Shown: positions 44,665-56,522 of the stretch, one piece after another
How the letters are laid out: the number at the start of each line of letters is the position of its first letter
Numbering within the stretch: position 1 is the first letter of the stretch
NCBI GenBank assembly: GCA_010093745.1
Contig: MU006016.1
Span: 1-64,000, forward strand
Direction: 5' to 3'
From: Piedraia hortae CBS 480.64
Taxonomy: Eukaryota
DNA length: 64,000 nucleotides
Notes under the pieces: generated by a model
What the model saw: the letters and a program-made list of their open reading frames with translations, nothing else
Database searches by the model: none
Told to the model about the DNA's origin: nothing
Translations under genes and position numbers: made by a program

Positions 44665-45966
44665 TTAGAATCGAATCTCGTAGTTGCCCGCCCGAGTCAT
44701 ATATCGCACCCACTTGACGCTGCTGTAGTTGCTTTTTTCAAACACCTTCAGATATCGTACCACAAGGCCGCTACTGGTGAACATGAGTAAGGTGAACTGC
44801 ATGCTAAGCGGCGGTCTACTCCATGCTTTGTGGTTTGTCATGGCACTCAATTCCGCTTCAGCACTGAGAACAAACTCTGATTGACCTGTGAATCGAGCAA
44901 TACGCCATATGATTGCATTCTCCGCGGGCTCGTACTTTGCTTTACCCTGACTGGTACGATGCGTGGTGTTTGCGGTATTGAGAGGCGTGGGAATGCGAAC
45001 AACAACATTTGTGGCGAAAAGCTTGGGACCATAGTTTGCTCTTATTGCTATGCTGTACTCAACTTTGGTCTTGCCAAACTCGTTGACTATGGCATGTACC
45101 TTGAACGGAAGGTTGACATTTTCGGTAGCCCGATAGGTCATTAGTTGGAAGCTTCCGTCCGGTGGAATAAAGGATATTGTGCGATCGTTTGTAAATGTGC
45201 TTAGCCGTACGCACTGGTGAAGGGAGACGTCCTCAAGAGTAACAGAGCCGGTAGCGGCACTGGAAGCCCGCTTTCCACCCGCAGGGGCATCAAGGGAGCC
45301 ATCCCCGATGGTTAACCTGTCATTCAGACCGAACTTACACTCGGGAGTGCCGGATAGGTAAGCACGCATCTCGATGGTCCCGTTGACATCAGCCCGAAGG
45401 ACCATGCCCGAAGCAGATACGAGCAGATTGACATCCTCGATGACATCGACAAAGGCCTCGTTTTTGCGGTATTTGATGTTGTCCCGTCGCCAGCTGAGTG
45501 CACCTGTGGCCTGCATTGTGATTCGAGAGCTATCTTCGAGGGCTCGTTCCGACTTGACACCTTCGGTGGTAATGTACATTTTCAACGTCTCAGTTTCTGT
45601 GTTTTGTGGATATCCAAAATCAACAACTTCATCAAGCAGCTCGTAAACGAGTACAAAGTTATTCTTGACGGCCTCTTCATCAAAGCGACCAAAATACGAC
45701 TTGGCAAGGGTAACGAAGCGGTAAAGAAACTCAAACACCAATGCACTGTTGACATTTCCTTTGCTGACCCCCACGACGTAGAGGTTGTCACTGCGAATGT
45801 GGCTAAACGTGGTGCTGCCCAGAGTAAGGATCGGGGAGCGGATTTGGGCATTTGCTATGACTTGAATGCGAAAGACTTCGGCCAGGCGAGGACGCATATC
45901 CTGCCTAAAGGCCCGCATAATAAGCAGTTCGCCTTTTTGATTGAAAAGAAGGACACCTGAGAGCAT
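44665..45966 (-). CDS. APM4: AP-2 adaptor complex mu subunit
   Basis: 433 aa. MLSGVLLFNQKGE, VKNNFVLVYELLDE, ITMQATGALSWRR, FIPPDG, VKWVRYMTRAG.YEIRF. Confidence 0.93.
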   Translation of the reverse strand: MLSGVLLFNQKGELLIMRAFRQDMRPRLAEVFRIQVIANAQIRSPILTLGSTTFSHIRSDNLYVVGVSKGNVNSALVFEFLYRFVTLAKSYFGRFDEEAVKNNFVLVYELLDEVVDFGYPQNTETETLKMYITTEGVKSERALEDSSRITMQATGALSWRRDNIKYRKNEAFVDVIEDVNLLVSASGMVLRADVNGTIEMRAYLSGTPECKFGLNDRLTIGDGSLDAPAGGKRASSAATGSVTLEDVSLHQCVRLSTFTNDRTISFIPPDGSFQLMTYRATENVNLPFKVHAIVNEFGKTKVEYSIAIRANYGPKLFATNVVVRIPTPLNTANTTHRTSQGKAKYEPAENAIIWRIARFTGQSEFVLSAEAELSAMTNHKAWSRPPLSMQFTLLMFTSSGLVVRYLKVFEKSNYSSVKWVRYMTRAGNYEIRF

Positions 45967-46102
45967 TTTGAACTGTTTGGCTGCATGTTGCGGCTTTTCG
46001 GAGTTCTGGAGGCCCCGGGGGAGCGGATCTTGTTCCGCCTTTGAGAGTTTGCCCCCGGCCCAACCTCATCCCACCGCAGCCTCCACCTTCAGACCGAGCA
46101 CC

Positions 46103-46460
46103 ATGAAGCCTGTGGTTTCCGCATTCAATGCATGGACATGGTACGATGTCATACCCACGCAAGACAGCCTGGCTAACAGATTCAGCATCGTCATCTCGGC
46201 GTTTGCGATTGTGATCCTCGGCACCGTAGCGAGCATGTTCGCAAACGGAAATCATGCCGTGATGGGCTCAGATGAGGATCCAGAGGATGGTAAAAAGGTC
46301 GCTGCAACCGTCATGGGGGCAGTTGTTGTCTACTGCGTATGTAGAGCGGCATATATCGGGGAAGTCAAGCTGACAGGGCCAGATGTTCCTCGTCTTTTGC
46401 GCATTTCAGGCTTTCCTTCATCGACGGCAATCACGACAAGGAGAAATTGCCCTTCGATGA
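46103..46460 (+). CDS. V-ATPase V0 subunit f (yeast YPR170W-B / RNASEK-like)
   Basis: Three exons (46103-46140, 46186-46336, 46383-46460) give MKPVVSAFNAWTCIVISAFAIVIL...DPEDG..VAATV..AVVVYCMFLVFCAFQ...IALR*. Confidence 0.85.
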
Positions 46461-46714
46461 TTAACTCACTTCCCTCATTACTGGACACTAACGAGAACTC
46501 GGCAACTACGATGACGGCATGGCGCATGGAGGCAGGTTGCTGGCGAGGGCTGTCGGTTTATAACGAGGACTGTACATCTACAAAGCATGCATTGGTTGAG
46601 TGTACATTGAGGCGTTGTTATTTGAAGAAAAGCGACCGTTTTCGGGCTCACCCAAGCCTTTGTTGGGCGCGTTGTTCGTCGTTAATGTTACAGATGCAAA
46701 GGGTATCAAAGTCG

Positions 46715-47596
46715 TTAACACATAGCCTTTGGGGGCTTCATCTTCCGCAGTGTGGCACGGCGATACCAGGTAAGGATAGTAACGAGGGGCCAGGTGCAGG
46801 CTGCCCAGGAAGCGCGGACGGGTGCGAGGATTATGTCGCAAACGCGGTTTGACGAGCGCGCGGCGACGGCTGCTAGGCTGAGCGCATCCTGTAGCCGTGC
46901 ATCTAGACGGTTCAGCCGCTGCTCAGTAATCATAGCCAACGTCGTTGACCGCTTCTCGTAGCGGCGAACGGCGCGTTCCAGCGCCTGCAGACGGGACTCA
47001 TATCGCTTGCGCATCTCCTCGGCATCCGTGTGGGCTGGCGGTCGCGCTTCGAGCTCTGCAACGCGCATGGCAAGGGCAGCAAGATGCTGTTGGTCGCCAG
47101 GGTCATGCGATTCGGATGCAACACGCTGGAGGTACAGCGTGCGACGGGAAATGAGACGCGCAATCTGGCGCAAAGGCCGGACCTCGGCCGCGAGCACGAA
47201 TATGCAAAGGTTGTAGTCGGACACCAAGCCCGTGGATGTTCGCGACAGTTGAGCCCGCACAAGATGCAGCAGTCCGGCAGCGACGGCAGGCAGCACAAAG
47301 GTCGCAGTCAGTGCGAGAAGTTCGTGTCGTCGCAGTTCCTTTGATTCTTTTTTCACCCCTCGCAGGCCCACAGCCTGTGCGGAGCGGTACCAGTCCCATG
47401 GGAAGCGGATAGACCAGTGCATGAAAACTGCAGCCAGGGAGAGCAAGAGCAGATCGGTGACAAAGGCTGAGCCATTAGGGAAGAAGAGGCCAGCAAGCGC
47501 AGGCAACAGGGCAAATGCTAGGGGAGTGACAGCCAGCCACGATGAAAAGGGCGGCTCCCCACCGAGCGTTGGAGCATCGGACGTGCGGTGGGCCAT
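46715..47596 (-). CDS. Fungal hypothetical membrane/coiled-coil protein
   Basis: 293-aa ORF with several hydrophobic segments (PLAFALLPALAGLFF, WSIRFPWDWY, LVSDYNL.IFVLAAE.RP) and a coiled coil (ALERAVRRYEKR). Confidence 0.75.
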   Translation of the reverse strand: MAHRTSDAPTLGGEPPFSSWLAVTPLAFALLPALAGLFFPNGSAFVTDLLLLSLAAVFMHWSIRFPWDWYRSAQAVGLRGVKKESKELRRHELLALTATFVLPAVAAGLLHLVRAQLSRTSTGLVSDYNLCIFVLAAEVRPLRQIARLISRRTLYLQRVASESHDPGDQQHLAALAMRVAELEARPPAHTDAEEMRKRYESRLQALERAVRRYEKRSTTLAMITEQRLNRLDARLQDALSLAAVAARSSNRVCDIILAPVRASWAACTWPLVTILTWYRRATLRKMKPPKAMC

Positions 47597-48024
47597 TAAT
47601 GGTGAGTTGGCCGATCATTGGGCGCGGCGCGACTCGAAGCGTCCAGAAGTCACTGACCAGTCCCCGTCATCTGCACGTGACGCTGATCGGAAGGGGGAGG
47701 CGCATTCTGCTGCAGGAACCACCCACTGCTGCAGGAGCCCTCCACTGTCTGCAGGAACTCGCGTGAGCTTTTCTTGCATCATGGCACGTATGCGTAACTG
47801 CAGTTCCCCACGTCTGACACCCGTCGGCCTGAGTCATCTGCCACGCATCGAAATGCCAAAACAACTTTCCCCGTCAATATTTCGATACTGTGCTCTATGT
47901 ATGTATCGGTCCAGGTTATCTGTACGGTAGATGATGATCCTCGTGAACTGTGACACGCAGGCTCCTTCTTCGCCAGTTTCAACTCTCCCATACCGTACAA
48001 TCATTGCCAAATTGACTAGTAGGG

Positions 48025-48533
48025 TCATTGAATGGCCACAGCGCTAAAACCCATAAAGCCAGTCAACGCAAATGCAAGCCCGAATGTGAGCTTGAATGCC
48101 GGATCTCGCTTGATGAACTTGTTCAAATCAACCCCAGAAACGTACTTTTGGAGCGCGCGATAGGGAATTACGTGAATGCCGTAGCTTTCAGCAGCATAAA
48201 CACCAGTAATGAATAGGCCAAGAATCAAAGCAAGTGATTTTGAAAGGAAAGACACTGCAAGGCCAGTAACAACGCCTGATGCACTTGAGGATGGTGGCCA
48301 TGTTATAAATTGACAAAAAACTTACCAGATATGCTTCCTGCCGATATTTGGCGGACGACCTTGGCATCTGGTCGGTAACGTCGCGTGGAACTGCGTATCT
48401 GACAGTGGGTAGACGGCAAGTGACCGACATTTTCGAGTCGAAAAAGCGGCTGCGAGCGCAATGTATATGCCGCCGACAAGCCCAGGGTACCACTCAGAAT
48501 AGCAGTACGGCAACGAGGTTGGAGAAGGGACAT
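48025..48533 (-). CDS. FUN14-family mitochondrial membrane protein
   Basis: Exon 1 ends VRQISAGSISG, intron 48325-48276, then GVVTGLAVSFLSKSLALILG...GIHVIP...AFKLTFGLAF. Confidence 0.75.
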
Positions 48534-48967
48534 ATTGATCTATTCGAGCATCCGACTGTAAGCTGCCAGTTGAAGCACTAGTCCCGCAAAAGGTAGCGGT
48601 AACAGAGACCCTTGCAGAGTTGGCTGTAAAGGCCAATGAGAGGGCCGCAATTGGTTAATTTTGCCGCGCGCCTTACGCCTAGCACGTCAATTGTGACAAA
48701 GCGGGATCGTTGACGAAAACGGTTTTGGAATGGGGTGGACGCTTTGGCGGTCAGAGCGAGTATGAAGGAGTGACAGGATGCAAATGGCGATGTTTTCCTC
48801 TTCTCTTCCATTCCCCACCCTCTCTTTGTTCCTGGACGACAGTCCATTGTATATATATTCGCAGCCTTCATTCACAGCATTTGGCTGTTTCCCCTGGCAA
48901 CTGCAAAACTCTCGCGTCGCTGCACACCCAGGCGGTGGTCCAGCAGCAGACACGTCTTGTTGAACAA

Positions 48968-50050
48968 ATGTCTCACTGGCGGTTTGCGTCTTTAGACTCG
49001 GCGCAGTTGCCATTCCCGCCCACAGCCTACATTGGGTCCGAGGGGCGATTGGGGGACGATGACAGCCGTCACTGTGTCAGCGGAGAGACGACTGAACTGA
49101 CGCTGGATCCACCCAGACCCGCTCTTGGCTCTCGTCTCTTTTCTTCACTGTCAGATAAGAAGCGTCAGAGTCTCCTTCACGTTGGCGCGAAAAGTATCGC
49201 TGGACTTTCTTCACGCCAATCCCTTGGTTGGAACATTGGTGACCTCTTTGCTGGAGAATCGGCACCCATTCGGCTCGGCTTGGTCTCGACGTCCTCGTCA
49301 GTTACGGAGGACGAGTCGCCCATGCCGTACAAACCCAGTTTTACACGGCGGCCAGCCAGCGCAACGGTTAAGACGCCGCCCGACACTCCCACACCGAGAA
49401 CCAGCTGGTTCTCCCGGAAACCTGCACCACCTCCTACTGTTCCCCGTGATGAATTCATAAATCTCGACATTGATCGTGCTCTACATCATCCGAATCCTAC
49501 CGCTTTGGCGGCCTTTGATGACCTCATGGAGAATGCCACCGACTTGTTGCGACGCATGCAAAAGGCTTATCGCATCAAAGCCGAGAGGTTGGCTGATATG
49601 CAGCCGACAATGGAGGCACAGAGGGAAGAACTAGCAGAAGCAAATACGAGGGCAAGATATCTAGAAATGCGTCTCAAAGACGCAGAGAGCAGAGCGAATG
49701 AAGAAGCACGGCGGGCCGATGAACTGTGCAGCAAGGTTGAGAAACTTGAGGCCCAGATATGCGAGAGCGAAGACAGCCAATCTTGGGGAAGGCGACGGGA
49801 AACTGAGGCTTCTGATTCCGGGTTCGAAAGCGATCACGACGAAAAGAGAACAAATGACGACACGGAAAGCCACATGACGGCCAATTCCAGCCAAACGTTG
49901 GTGCTGGCATCCAGAGTCGCACTTTCTCCGGTCCACGAAAACATGGACGATCTGCGCCGGAAAAACCTCGAGCTCACCCGAAGGTTGGAGCAGATGGAGC
50001 AAACCTTCCAAGGGTGCATCGATTTTATATCTGCCACAAGTAGACCTTGA
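48968..50050 (+). CDS. Hypothetical coiled-coil protein
   Basis: Likely ATG at 48968 within a long open frame. S/P-rich N-terminus, DLFAGESAPIRLG, extended heptad region, ASDSGFESD. Confidence 0.7.
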   Translation: MSHWRFASLDSAQLPFPPTAYIGSEGRLGDDDSRHCVSGETTELTLDPPRPALGSRLFSSLSDKKRQSLLHVGAKSIAGLSSRQSLGWNIGDLFAGESAPIRLGLVSTSSSVTEDESPMPYKPSFTRRPASATVKTPPDTPTPRTSWFSRKPAPPPTVPRDEFINLDIDRALHHPNPTALAAFDDLMENATDLLRRMQKAYRIKAERLADMQPTMEAQREELAEANTRARYLEMRLKDAESRANEEARRADELCSKVEKLEAQICESEDSQSWGRRRETEASDSGFESDHDEKRTNDDTESHMTANSSQTLVLASRVALSPVHENMDDLRRKNLELTRRLEQMEQTFQGCIDFISATSRP

Positions 50051-50217
50051 CCCGGTTAGCCAACTATCTGGTCGGAGGCTTCCCCTGCAAGCGCTGCGTG
50101 CTACTGTATCGATGGGTTTTTGCAGAGCATACCGTATTCTTTCATCTTCGAACGCGTACAGCTTACGGGGTATCTAATTCATAAATACTCGGATCCATCA
50201 TAACACGTCGCACAATC

Positions 50218-51381
50218 TCAAGTGGTGAACCAATCGACCAGTCTCACACAGACGCTGCCCAAAGCAGCAGCCGTAAAGGCCGGAACCATGAGCTGCAGAA
50301 TTTCCCACCACTTACGCAGACGGATCTGGACCTCGAGATATCCCTTTTCGTTCCCAACAGCCACCGGGTCGGAAGGGAAGGAGCCCGTAGTGTTGAATGC
50401 CTCGAGCAGTTCGTCTTTTTCACGCCAGCGCTGGAGTGTCCAGTCAGCCATGGCATCGCGGTCATCAAGGGGCATGTCCGCGATTTTAAACCGACGCCAG
50501 TACATGTGGACAGCTTTGGGAGGTCTTCCTTGAAAACAGACAGACTTTAACGTAAAGATATCTTGACCATAGCCTCCTGGCGGTATACCCTCATAGGCGG
50601 TAGTGCAGTCGTAGAGATATTCGACCGTATCGTGCAGCTCGCTGAGACAAAATCTAAGGCCAGTCGAGCGCGGGAGAAGCTGATATTTCATGTCCGATAT
50701 CTCCATCTTTTCGCTGTATTTTTTACTTCCACGCCGTGTGTTCGCGCTGAGATTGGTGCCTTCTGGAAATATTAGGAGCCACATTGGCCGCAGCGGTATT
50801 GAGGAGAGTTTCTTCAGCCGATACCGCATTCGGCCTTCGTCCGTCTGCCATTTCCTGGCCATGAAAATGAAGCCGAAGAACATCATGGCCGGTCCGAATA
50901 TAGGAATACACTTTAGGGATTCTTTGAGGATTATGTAGATGTGCCCATGCATAGGGGGCGCATTGGCGTAACATATCCACCAGAGGTATAGCCAATCGGT
51001 GTATATCTGGTGGTTGGCCATGAGAACGATACGCTCACCGAGTCGAAGGCGAAGCATACCATCAGCTTGCTTCTCCATCAATCCGGCCATGGAAGCGTCG
51101 CCACTAATTCGCAGTGTTGTCGGGCTCCAGGTCTGGGTCATGGAGGTGATTAAGAGGCCAAAGTGTTCCTTTGTCATAGCCATCCAGGCATAGTAGCGCC
51201 GACGACTCCATAGGTAAAGAGAGGCACCCATATATTGCGATCCGTGTAGGAAGAGACCGATACCGAAAAAGTGGACCGTGAATAGCAATGCGCGCAAACT
51301 GGATACCAAGACCCCATGTTGTGCTTCACCCAAAGAGTGGTGTCCTTTGTCGTTTGGTGGCAGGCGCGATTCGGTCATCAT
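50218..51381 (-). CDS. PlsC-family lysophospholipid acyltransferase (Cst26/LCLAT-like)
   Basis: MANHQIYTDW, IILKESLK, FIFMARKW, LIFPEGTN, LLPRSTGL. Confidence 0.88.
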   Translation of the reverse strand: MMTESRLPPNDKGHHSLGEAQHGVLVSSLRALLFTVHFFGIGLFLHGSQYMGASLYLWSRRRYYAWMAMTKEHFGLLITSMTQTWSPTTLRISGDASMAGLMEKQADGMLRLRLGERIVLMANHQIYTDWLYLWWICYANAPPMHGHIYIILKESLKCIPIFGPAMMFFGFIFMARKWQTDEGRMRYRLKKLSSIPLRPMWLLIFPEGTNLSANTRRGSKKYSEKMEISDMKYQLLPRSTGLRFCLSELHDTVEYLYDCTTAYEGIPPGGYGQDIFTLKSVCFQGRPPKAVHMYWRRFKIADMPLDDRDAMADWTLQRWREKDELLEAFNTTGSFPSDPVAVGNEKGYLEVQIRLRKWWEILQLMVPAFTAAALGSVCVRLVDWFTT

Positions 51382-52059
51382 GACGTGGAAATTCGTTTGT
51401 GCCTTGATTCTTGATTGTCAGCCGGCCGTTGAAAACGTTACTTTTTATGGCGTCAGCTATTTTTTGCTCTCAATCGTGATTGTATTCGAAGAGCAAACTG
51501 TCTGTCAATGTCATATTTCGAGTTCAAATCATGCACCAATGACGTAAAAACCCGTCCTGTGTGGCATCCTGCACACCACGTTGCTACATAGTTACAGTCA
51601 AACCTGGTTATAGCAAATCGGACTGGCGCAGGCATTCTGTCCGTTATGTCAAGGATCCGCTGTATACATGTACCTACAGGTGGGTGGAGAGAAAAGTGGG
51701 GGTACCGAAAATCCGCTATAAAGAGGAATTCGCTATATCCAGTGTCCGCTATTACCAGGTTCAACTGTAAAGCTTCGTTCACGTCCTATGTGCAGATATT
51801 GGCAGACTTGCAAAAGCCTATAGATCATGAGCAGCGTTAACGGCATGTGTACTCCAGCTCCACCAGGGTGCAATCTGACGGCCACCCAAAATGTCTCAAT
51901 TGACTATCTCTTCCCTTATAGCTTGACAGCTATTGAAGCATCGCTCTTGGAATGAAAGGTCAATTTGACGCTAGCATGTACGAAAAGAGTTTAGCTCATT
52001 TGGACATTTACCAATATCCACGACATGATTGATCAAAACCATAGAGTAAGCGGAATGGG

Positions 52060-53242
52060 ATGAGGCGATTAGCGACTAGGTGCTTTTCCACATCAGCGTG
52101 GAAACAGGAAATTCGTCGCTTGGATGAGTTGCCTTCATGTGTTCGTCCAAGCTTCACAGGTATGATGCTTTTCTAGATGCGCAAGTGCTCTGACAGTTCC
52201 AGAAATACCTTACCATGGCCTGCATTCGCTTAAATGGCCTCAACCTCCGCATAATATCTTGCTAGTGGGAAAATCCAACGATCAACGCGTTCAAGGTGCT
52301 CTGGTAGAATTCTCCCGCCACATCAAATCAACATATCCGGACACGAATGTCATTTTGGAGCCCGAAGCTGCGCAGAATTTGCATGCTGAAATTGAATTTG
52401 CTGTCAGCGCCCAGGGCGAAGGGGATGCGCAGTACCAGGACACGGTCGATATGATTTCGACGTTCGGAGGTGATGGTACGGTCCTTCACGCCGCTTCGCT
52501 CTTTGCTACTGCACCCAGGGTCCCTCCTGTGCTGAGTTTCAGTATGGGCACCCTCGGCTTTCTGGGCGAGTGGAGTTTTAGCGACTACCAGCGCGCATTC
52601 CACACCGCTTACTATTCAGGCATTGACAAGAAGTCCATGTCCCGAGTCATAATGCGTGATCGTTTGCGCGTTGGTATATTCGGGCCAGATGGTAAACGAA
52701 TACCTCACGAACCACCTTTCACTCCTACTGGGCAGCAATGCAACGACGTTTTGGCACTGAACGAGGTCCTTTTGCATCGCGGAGCCCTACCGCACATGGC
52801 TCATATTACCATCTTGATCGGCTCACCCCCTCATCAGCAAACGCTTACGACAGCAATTGCCGACGGGTTCCTCGTTTCTACTCCTACGGGGAGTACGGCA
52901 TACAGTCTGAGCAGCGGCGGCAGTATCGTTCACCCGCTTGTGCACAGCCTACTGTTGACACCCATATGCCCTCGAAGTCTCAGCTTCCGTCCACTTGTCT
53001 TGCCAGCCCACACACCCATAACGCTCCGCATAGATGCCGAGAACCGCGGCAAGGAAATCGAAGTGTCTGCTGATGGCATGAGGCGGCAGCGTGGGCTCGG
53101 AGCTGGAATGGAGGTGCGTGTGGTCGGCGAAAATGGTACCAGCGGCGTTCCATTCGTATTGTCAAGCAACGGCGATGATTACTGGGTCGGTGGGCTCAAT
53201 GGGCTTCTAAAATTCAACAACCAGTTCGGAGGAGACCGGTAG
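52060..53242 (+). CDS. POS5: Mitochondrial NADH kinase Pos5-like
   Basis: Presequence MRRLATRCFSTSA, 43-nt intron 52160-52202, GGDGT, GTLGFL, LNE, DG..VSTPTGSTAYSLSSGG. Confidence 0.87.
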
Positions 53243-53352
53243 GCTGGTTTGCGGACCAAAACCATCCTTCACCTTGCGTTCTAGGGGAGCAAATGTAATT
53301 GCCTCCCATAGTGCCATGCTTGTAAACTATCAGAAAGACTCAACAGCGCTCC

Positions 53353-53838
53353 TCACGAAAACATAATGGCTTTCCGGTCCAGTGGCCTGCCATCTGCACC
53401 AATGCCCTCCCTCCCAAACCGCTCTTCCACGAAGATTCTCCGCGCTTCGTCAAAGTTTACACCGCGCAACTTCATTATGCGATACACTTGTTGCTTAGAG
53501 TGCATGTCCAGACCACTGCGAGAATCGCCATCACCAATGTTCTCGGCTAAGTTGAAGGTACTGCTGTGCAGGCCCGCTTCGGCATCTTCGGCAAACGTGG
53601 CACTGGTTGGCAGACGAACATAGCGGAAGGAGTTGAAGTACTCAGATGTGCGGAAGAGCGGCTCGGGGATGGTGCCTGGGGCGGTAAGGTATGGTATGGG
53701 TGGAGCATAAGGCTTCCATTTGTCTCTCGTTACGTAAAGGACTGGCCTACGATCAGCTTAGGACCACAATCTGGTTTGGAATATACCTGTGGCCGTAAGC
53801 ATGAAAAAGAAGGTCAGGGTGTAGTAGAAGTAGGCCAT
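53353..53838 (-). CDS. DUF2015-family small fungal membrane protein
   Basis: [17 protein letters not shown], 45-nt intron 53786-53742, VLYVTR...[25 protein letters not shown]...FDEAR...[17 protein letters not shown]. Confidence 0.78.
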
Positions 53839-54019
53839 TGTCGTGGTCGACAGTCGACCTGACGTCTCGTTATGGTTACGTGACCGTTGCCTGAATCCGG
53901 GGTCCGCTTGTGACGACTGCAGACCCCAGTCACGCTTAGTCCAAAAAGGTTTGGCTCGAAACACTTTCTCCGACCTCACTTGCGCTGCAACCGCCGACAG
54001 GCTGCACATCCATTGCGCC

Positions 54020-55078
54020 ATGGCTGTCAACCACACACAAGATAAAGACTGCACACTGTATGTTGGAAACCTGGACGAACGATGCACCGATGCCATGGTC
54101 TGGGAGCTGATGCTGCAGGCGGGACCAGTCATAAACGTCCATCTACCCAAGGATCGGGTGTCTCAGTCGCACCAGGGCTACGGGTTTGTCGAATTTGGCA
54201 GTGAAGAAGATGCCGACTATGCCGCCAAGGTTATGCATCAGATCCGTTTGTGGGGAAAGCCAATAAGAGTCAACAAGGCGTCGGTTGATCGGCGCGTGGG
54301 CGCCGGCGCCGGCGGCGATGGTGGCCCAGGAGTTGGCGCAGAATTGTTCGTGGGCAACCTGGATGGAATGGTGGATGAAAAGTCACTATACGATACTTTT
54401 AGCCGCTTCGGTCCGCTGCTTGCTCCACCCAAGATCGCGCGCGACGAAGCCACCAACCTCAGCAAGGGCTACGGCTTCATCAGTTACACCGACTTTGACG
54501 CCTCCGATGCCGCTATGCACAACATGAACGGGCAGTACCTGGGCAATAAACAAGTCAGTGTAGCCTATGCCTATAAGCGTGACGGAAAGGGAGAGCGGCA
54601 TGGTGATGCCGCCGAGCGAGCTCTAGCGGCTGAGGCCAAGAAACATGGCGTCCAGGTGCCAGTACCCGCTATGCCGCCCTCCCTTGTAATGCCGCCCAAT
54701 GTACCTACCGGACCGACCACTCCCGCAGCTTCCGTGCCCGGTCAACCTGGCTGGGGAGCTCCGCCCATGCAACCCTATGGCTTCTCGCCCGTCGGTATGC
54801 CGCCGCCGGGTATGCAGCCAATGATTTATGGTCAAGCCGGAATGCCACAGGGAATGCCACCGGCTATGCCTGCGAAGTCCGGTGGGGCAAGCCGCCCCTT
54901 CAACGTGACCCCTCTGACAGTACCGCCTACTGGTGCCGGATTACCTGCGCGACCGCCTCCTAGTATGGCTGGCTATGGTGGGCCTGCTGTCGCTCCCGGA
55001 TTACCGCCACATCCTGTTCCACACATGGCAGCACCTCCACCAGGATTCCGACCTGGTGTTAACGGCTACCCACGATGA
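54020..55078 (+). CDS. HSH49: U2 snRNP SF3b subunit 4 (Hsh49/SAP49)
   Basis: Two RRMs (LYVGNLDE...[16 protein letters not shown]...KGYGFISY), GKGERHG and a Pro-rich tail. Confidence 0.93.
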   Translation: MAVNHTQDKDCTLYVGNLDERCTDAMVWELMLQAGPVINVHLPKDRVSQSHQGYGFVEFGSEEDADYAAKVMHQIRLWGKPIRVNKASVDRRVGAGAGGDGGPGVGAELFVGNLDGMVDEKSLYDTFSRFGPLLAPPKIARDEATNLSKGYGFISYTDFDASDAAMHNMNGQYLGNKQVSVAYAYKRDGKGERHGDAAERALAAEAKKHGVQVPVPAMPPSLVMPPNVPTGPTTPAASVPGQPGWGAPPMQPYGFSPVGMPPPGMQPMIYGQAGMPQGMPPAMPAKSGGASRPFNVTPLTVPPTGAGLPARPPPSMAGYGGPAVAPGLPPHPVPHMAAPPPGFRPGVNGYPR

Positions 55079-55493
55079 CCCACGTAGGATACATTACACT
55101 TGTACTATAATGGCCACAAAGCACGTCATGCCTGATACACCGCTTGAAACATCGAGGTATATAGCTATTGGGCAACCTGGAGTGAGTATAGCGGTACTTT
55201 TTGAGGGAAAACTGTTGTAACAAAGTCAAGGGGACGCCTAAAAATGGCCCTGCGGCTTTGAAAAAGGCCATGAGGTCCAGAGTTTGGTAAAGTATCACGA
55301 GTACGACTGTCATAATACCGTCAAGCCATGCCAGCTGATGGCGGCGAGTTTCACCGTTCCCTAAGAGCACCGCAGAGTTTTGGATTCTCTCAATGTAACC
55401 ATTGGCCAGTATAGGCGCGGTATGGAAATGTTGTCAAGTATGGTGAGCACGAAGAAGTTATTGGCAAACATCAGACATGGTCTCTTGAATGAA

Positions 55494-56071
55494 CTACGAG
55501 GATGCGGCCGCTTCCTTGGCCTGCTTCGCCTTTTTGCCCCTGAGCTTGACGGGGTGAGATTTAGCCTTGACTTCCCTCTGACTGCGTTTTACCGCACTTG
55601 CCCTGGCCACAGCCTCAGCACGTAGATCGCTGCGGTAGCCCTTACGCGTCGTTCCATTGACAACAGACTTGTAGATCTTGCGGCTCGGGGTGGACGAAGA
55701 GAAGGTCGTAGTGTGATACCTTTTCCCCATGCCGTCAGTCTAGTTGTTCTGCCCCCATTGTCGGGCGGAAGAAGTCGTAACCTACATCTTGGCCGGGTAA
55801 TTGGCCTTCTTGGGCAGTTTGGTCTTGACCTCGAGTTTGTCCCCCTTTGCATTGATCCCAATAGCCTCGGTGTTGCAGTAGCCGGCGTACTTGCGGTTAT
55901 GCACGTTGGTGAGGTTCATAGGGTCGCGGGAGAACTGGACACCGCCGCTCTGCTTGCGCTTGCAGAGGAATGCATTGTAAGGTCCTTTTCTCGTCAGTCA
56001 CGTTTCCAGTCCACGAGACTCGACCTACGGGTAACCTCCCAGATCAGATCAGCGCTGATGTTGCTGGACAT
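55494..56071 (-). CDS. 60S ribosomal protein eL28 (L28e)
   Basis: MSSNISADLIWEVTR, NAFLCKRK...FSRDPMNLTNVHNRKYAG, YRSDLRAEAVARASA. Two short introns. Confidence 0.9.
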
Positions 56072-56189
56072 TTTTTGCTGTGTTTGTTCAACGGTGTGTT
56101 GACAAGGTCAAAGTCTTGGCACATGGCAGCGGTCCGTGCGCAGGCCTTTGCCGCAACCTCCGCTCCGCACCGCCGCATCGACACCGAAT

Positions 56190-56466
56190 ATGCCCATCAT
56201 GAGACTGCCCAACTTCCAGCTCTCGGAAGAGACCAAAGTAGGCAGTCTGTGCGTTTTAGTAACATCAGTGTTGACTCCTTCAGGAACGCCTCACCAACGT
56301 CCTCGACATCTCCCGCGTCGCCATACACTACGGCTACCTCCCTCTCATAATCTACCTGGGCTATACTCGTAGCTCGCCGCAGCCTTCACTGATCAAGTAC
56401 GACATCGCCGGCTCTTGCGCTATCGACGCTAACAAAATCAGGTTGCTTTCACCGTTGGCGCAATGA
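56190..56466 (+). CDS. TOM7: Mitochondrial import receptor subunit Tom7
   Basis: Three exons: ...[49 protein letters not shown]. Confidence 0.9.
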
Positions 56467-56522
56467 GGATAGACGAGACGAAGCGTGTAGAAATAGCCTT
56501 AATTCAACACAACTAATCTACA

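Noticed and set aside
45941..46852. 303-aa ORF
   Set aside because: Read-through of the introns and UTRs of the V-ATPase subunit f gene, overlapping both neighbours.
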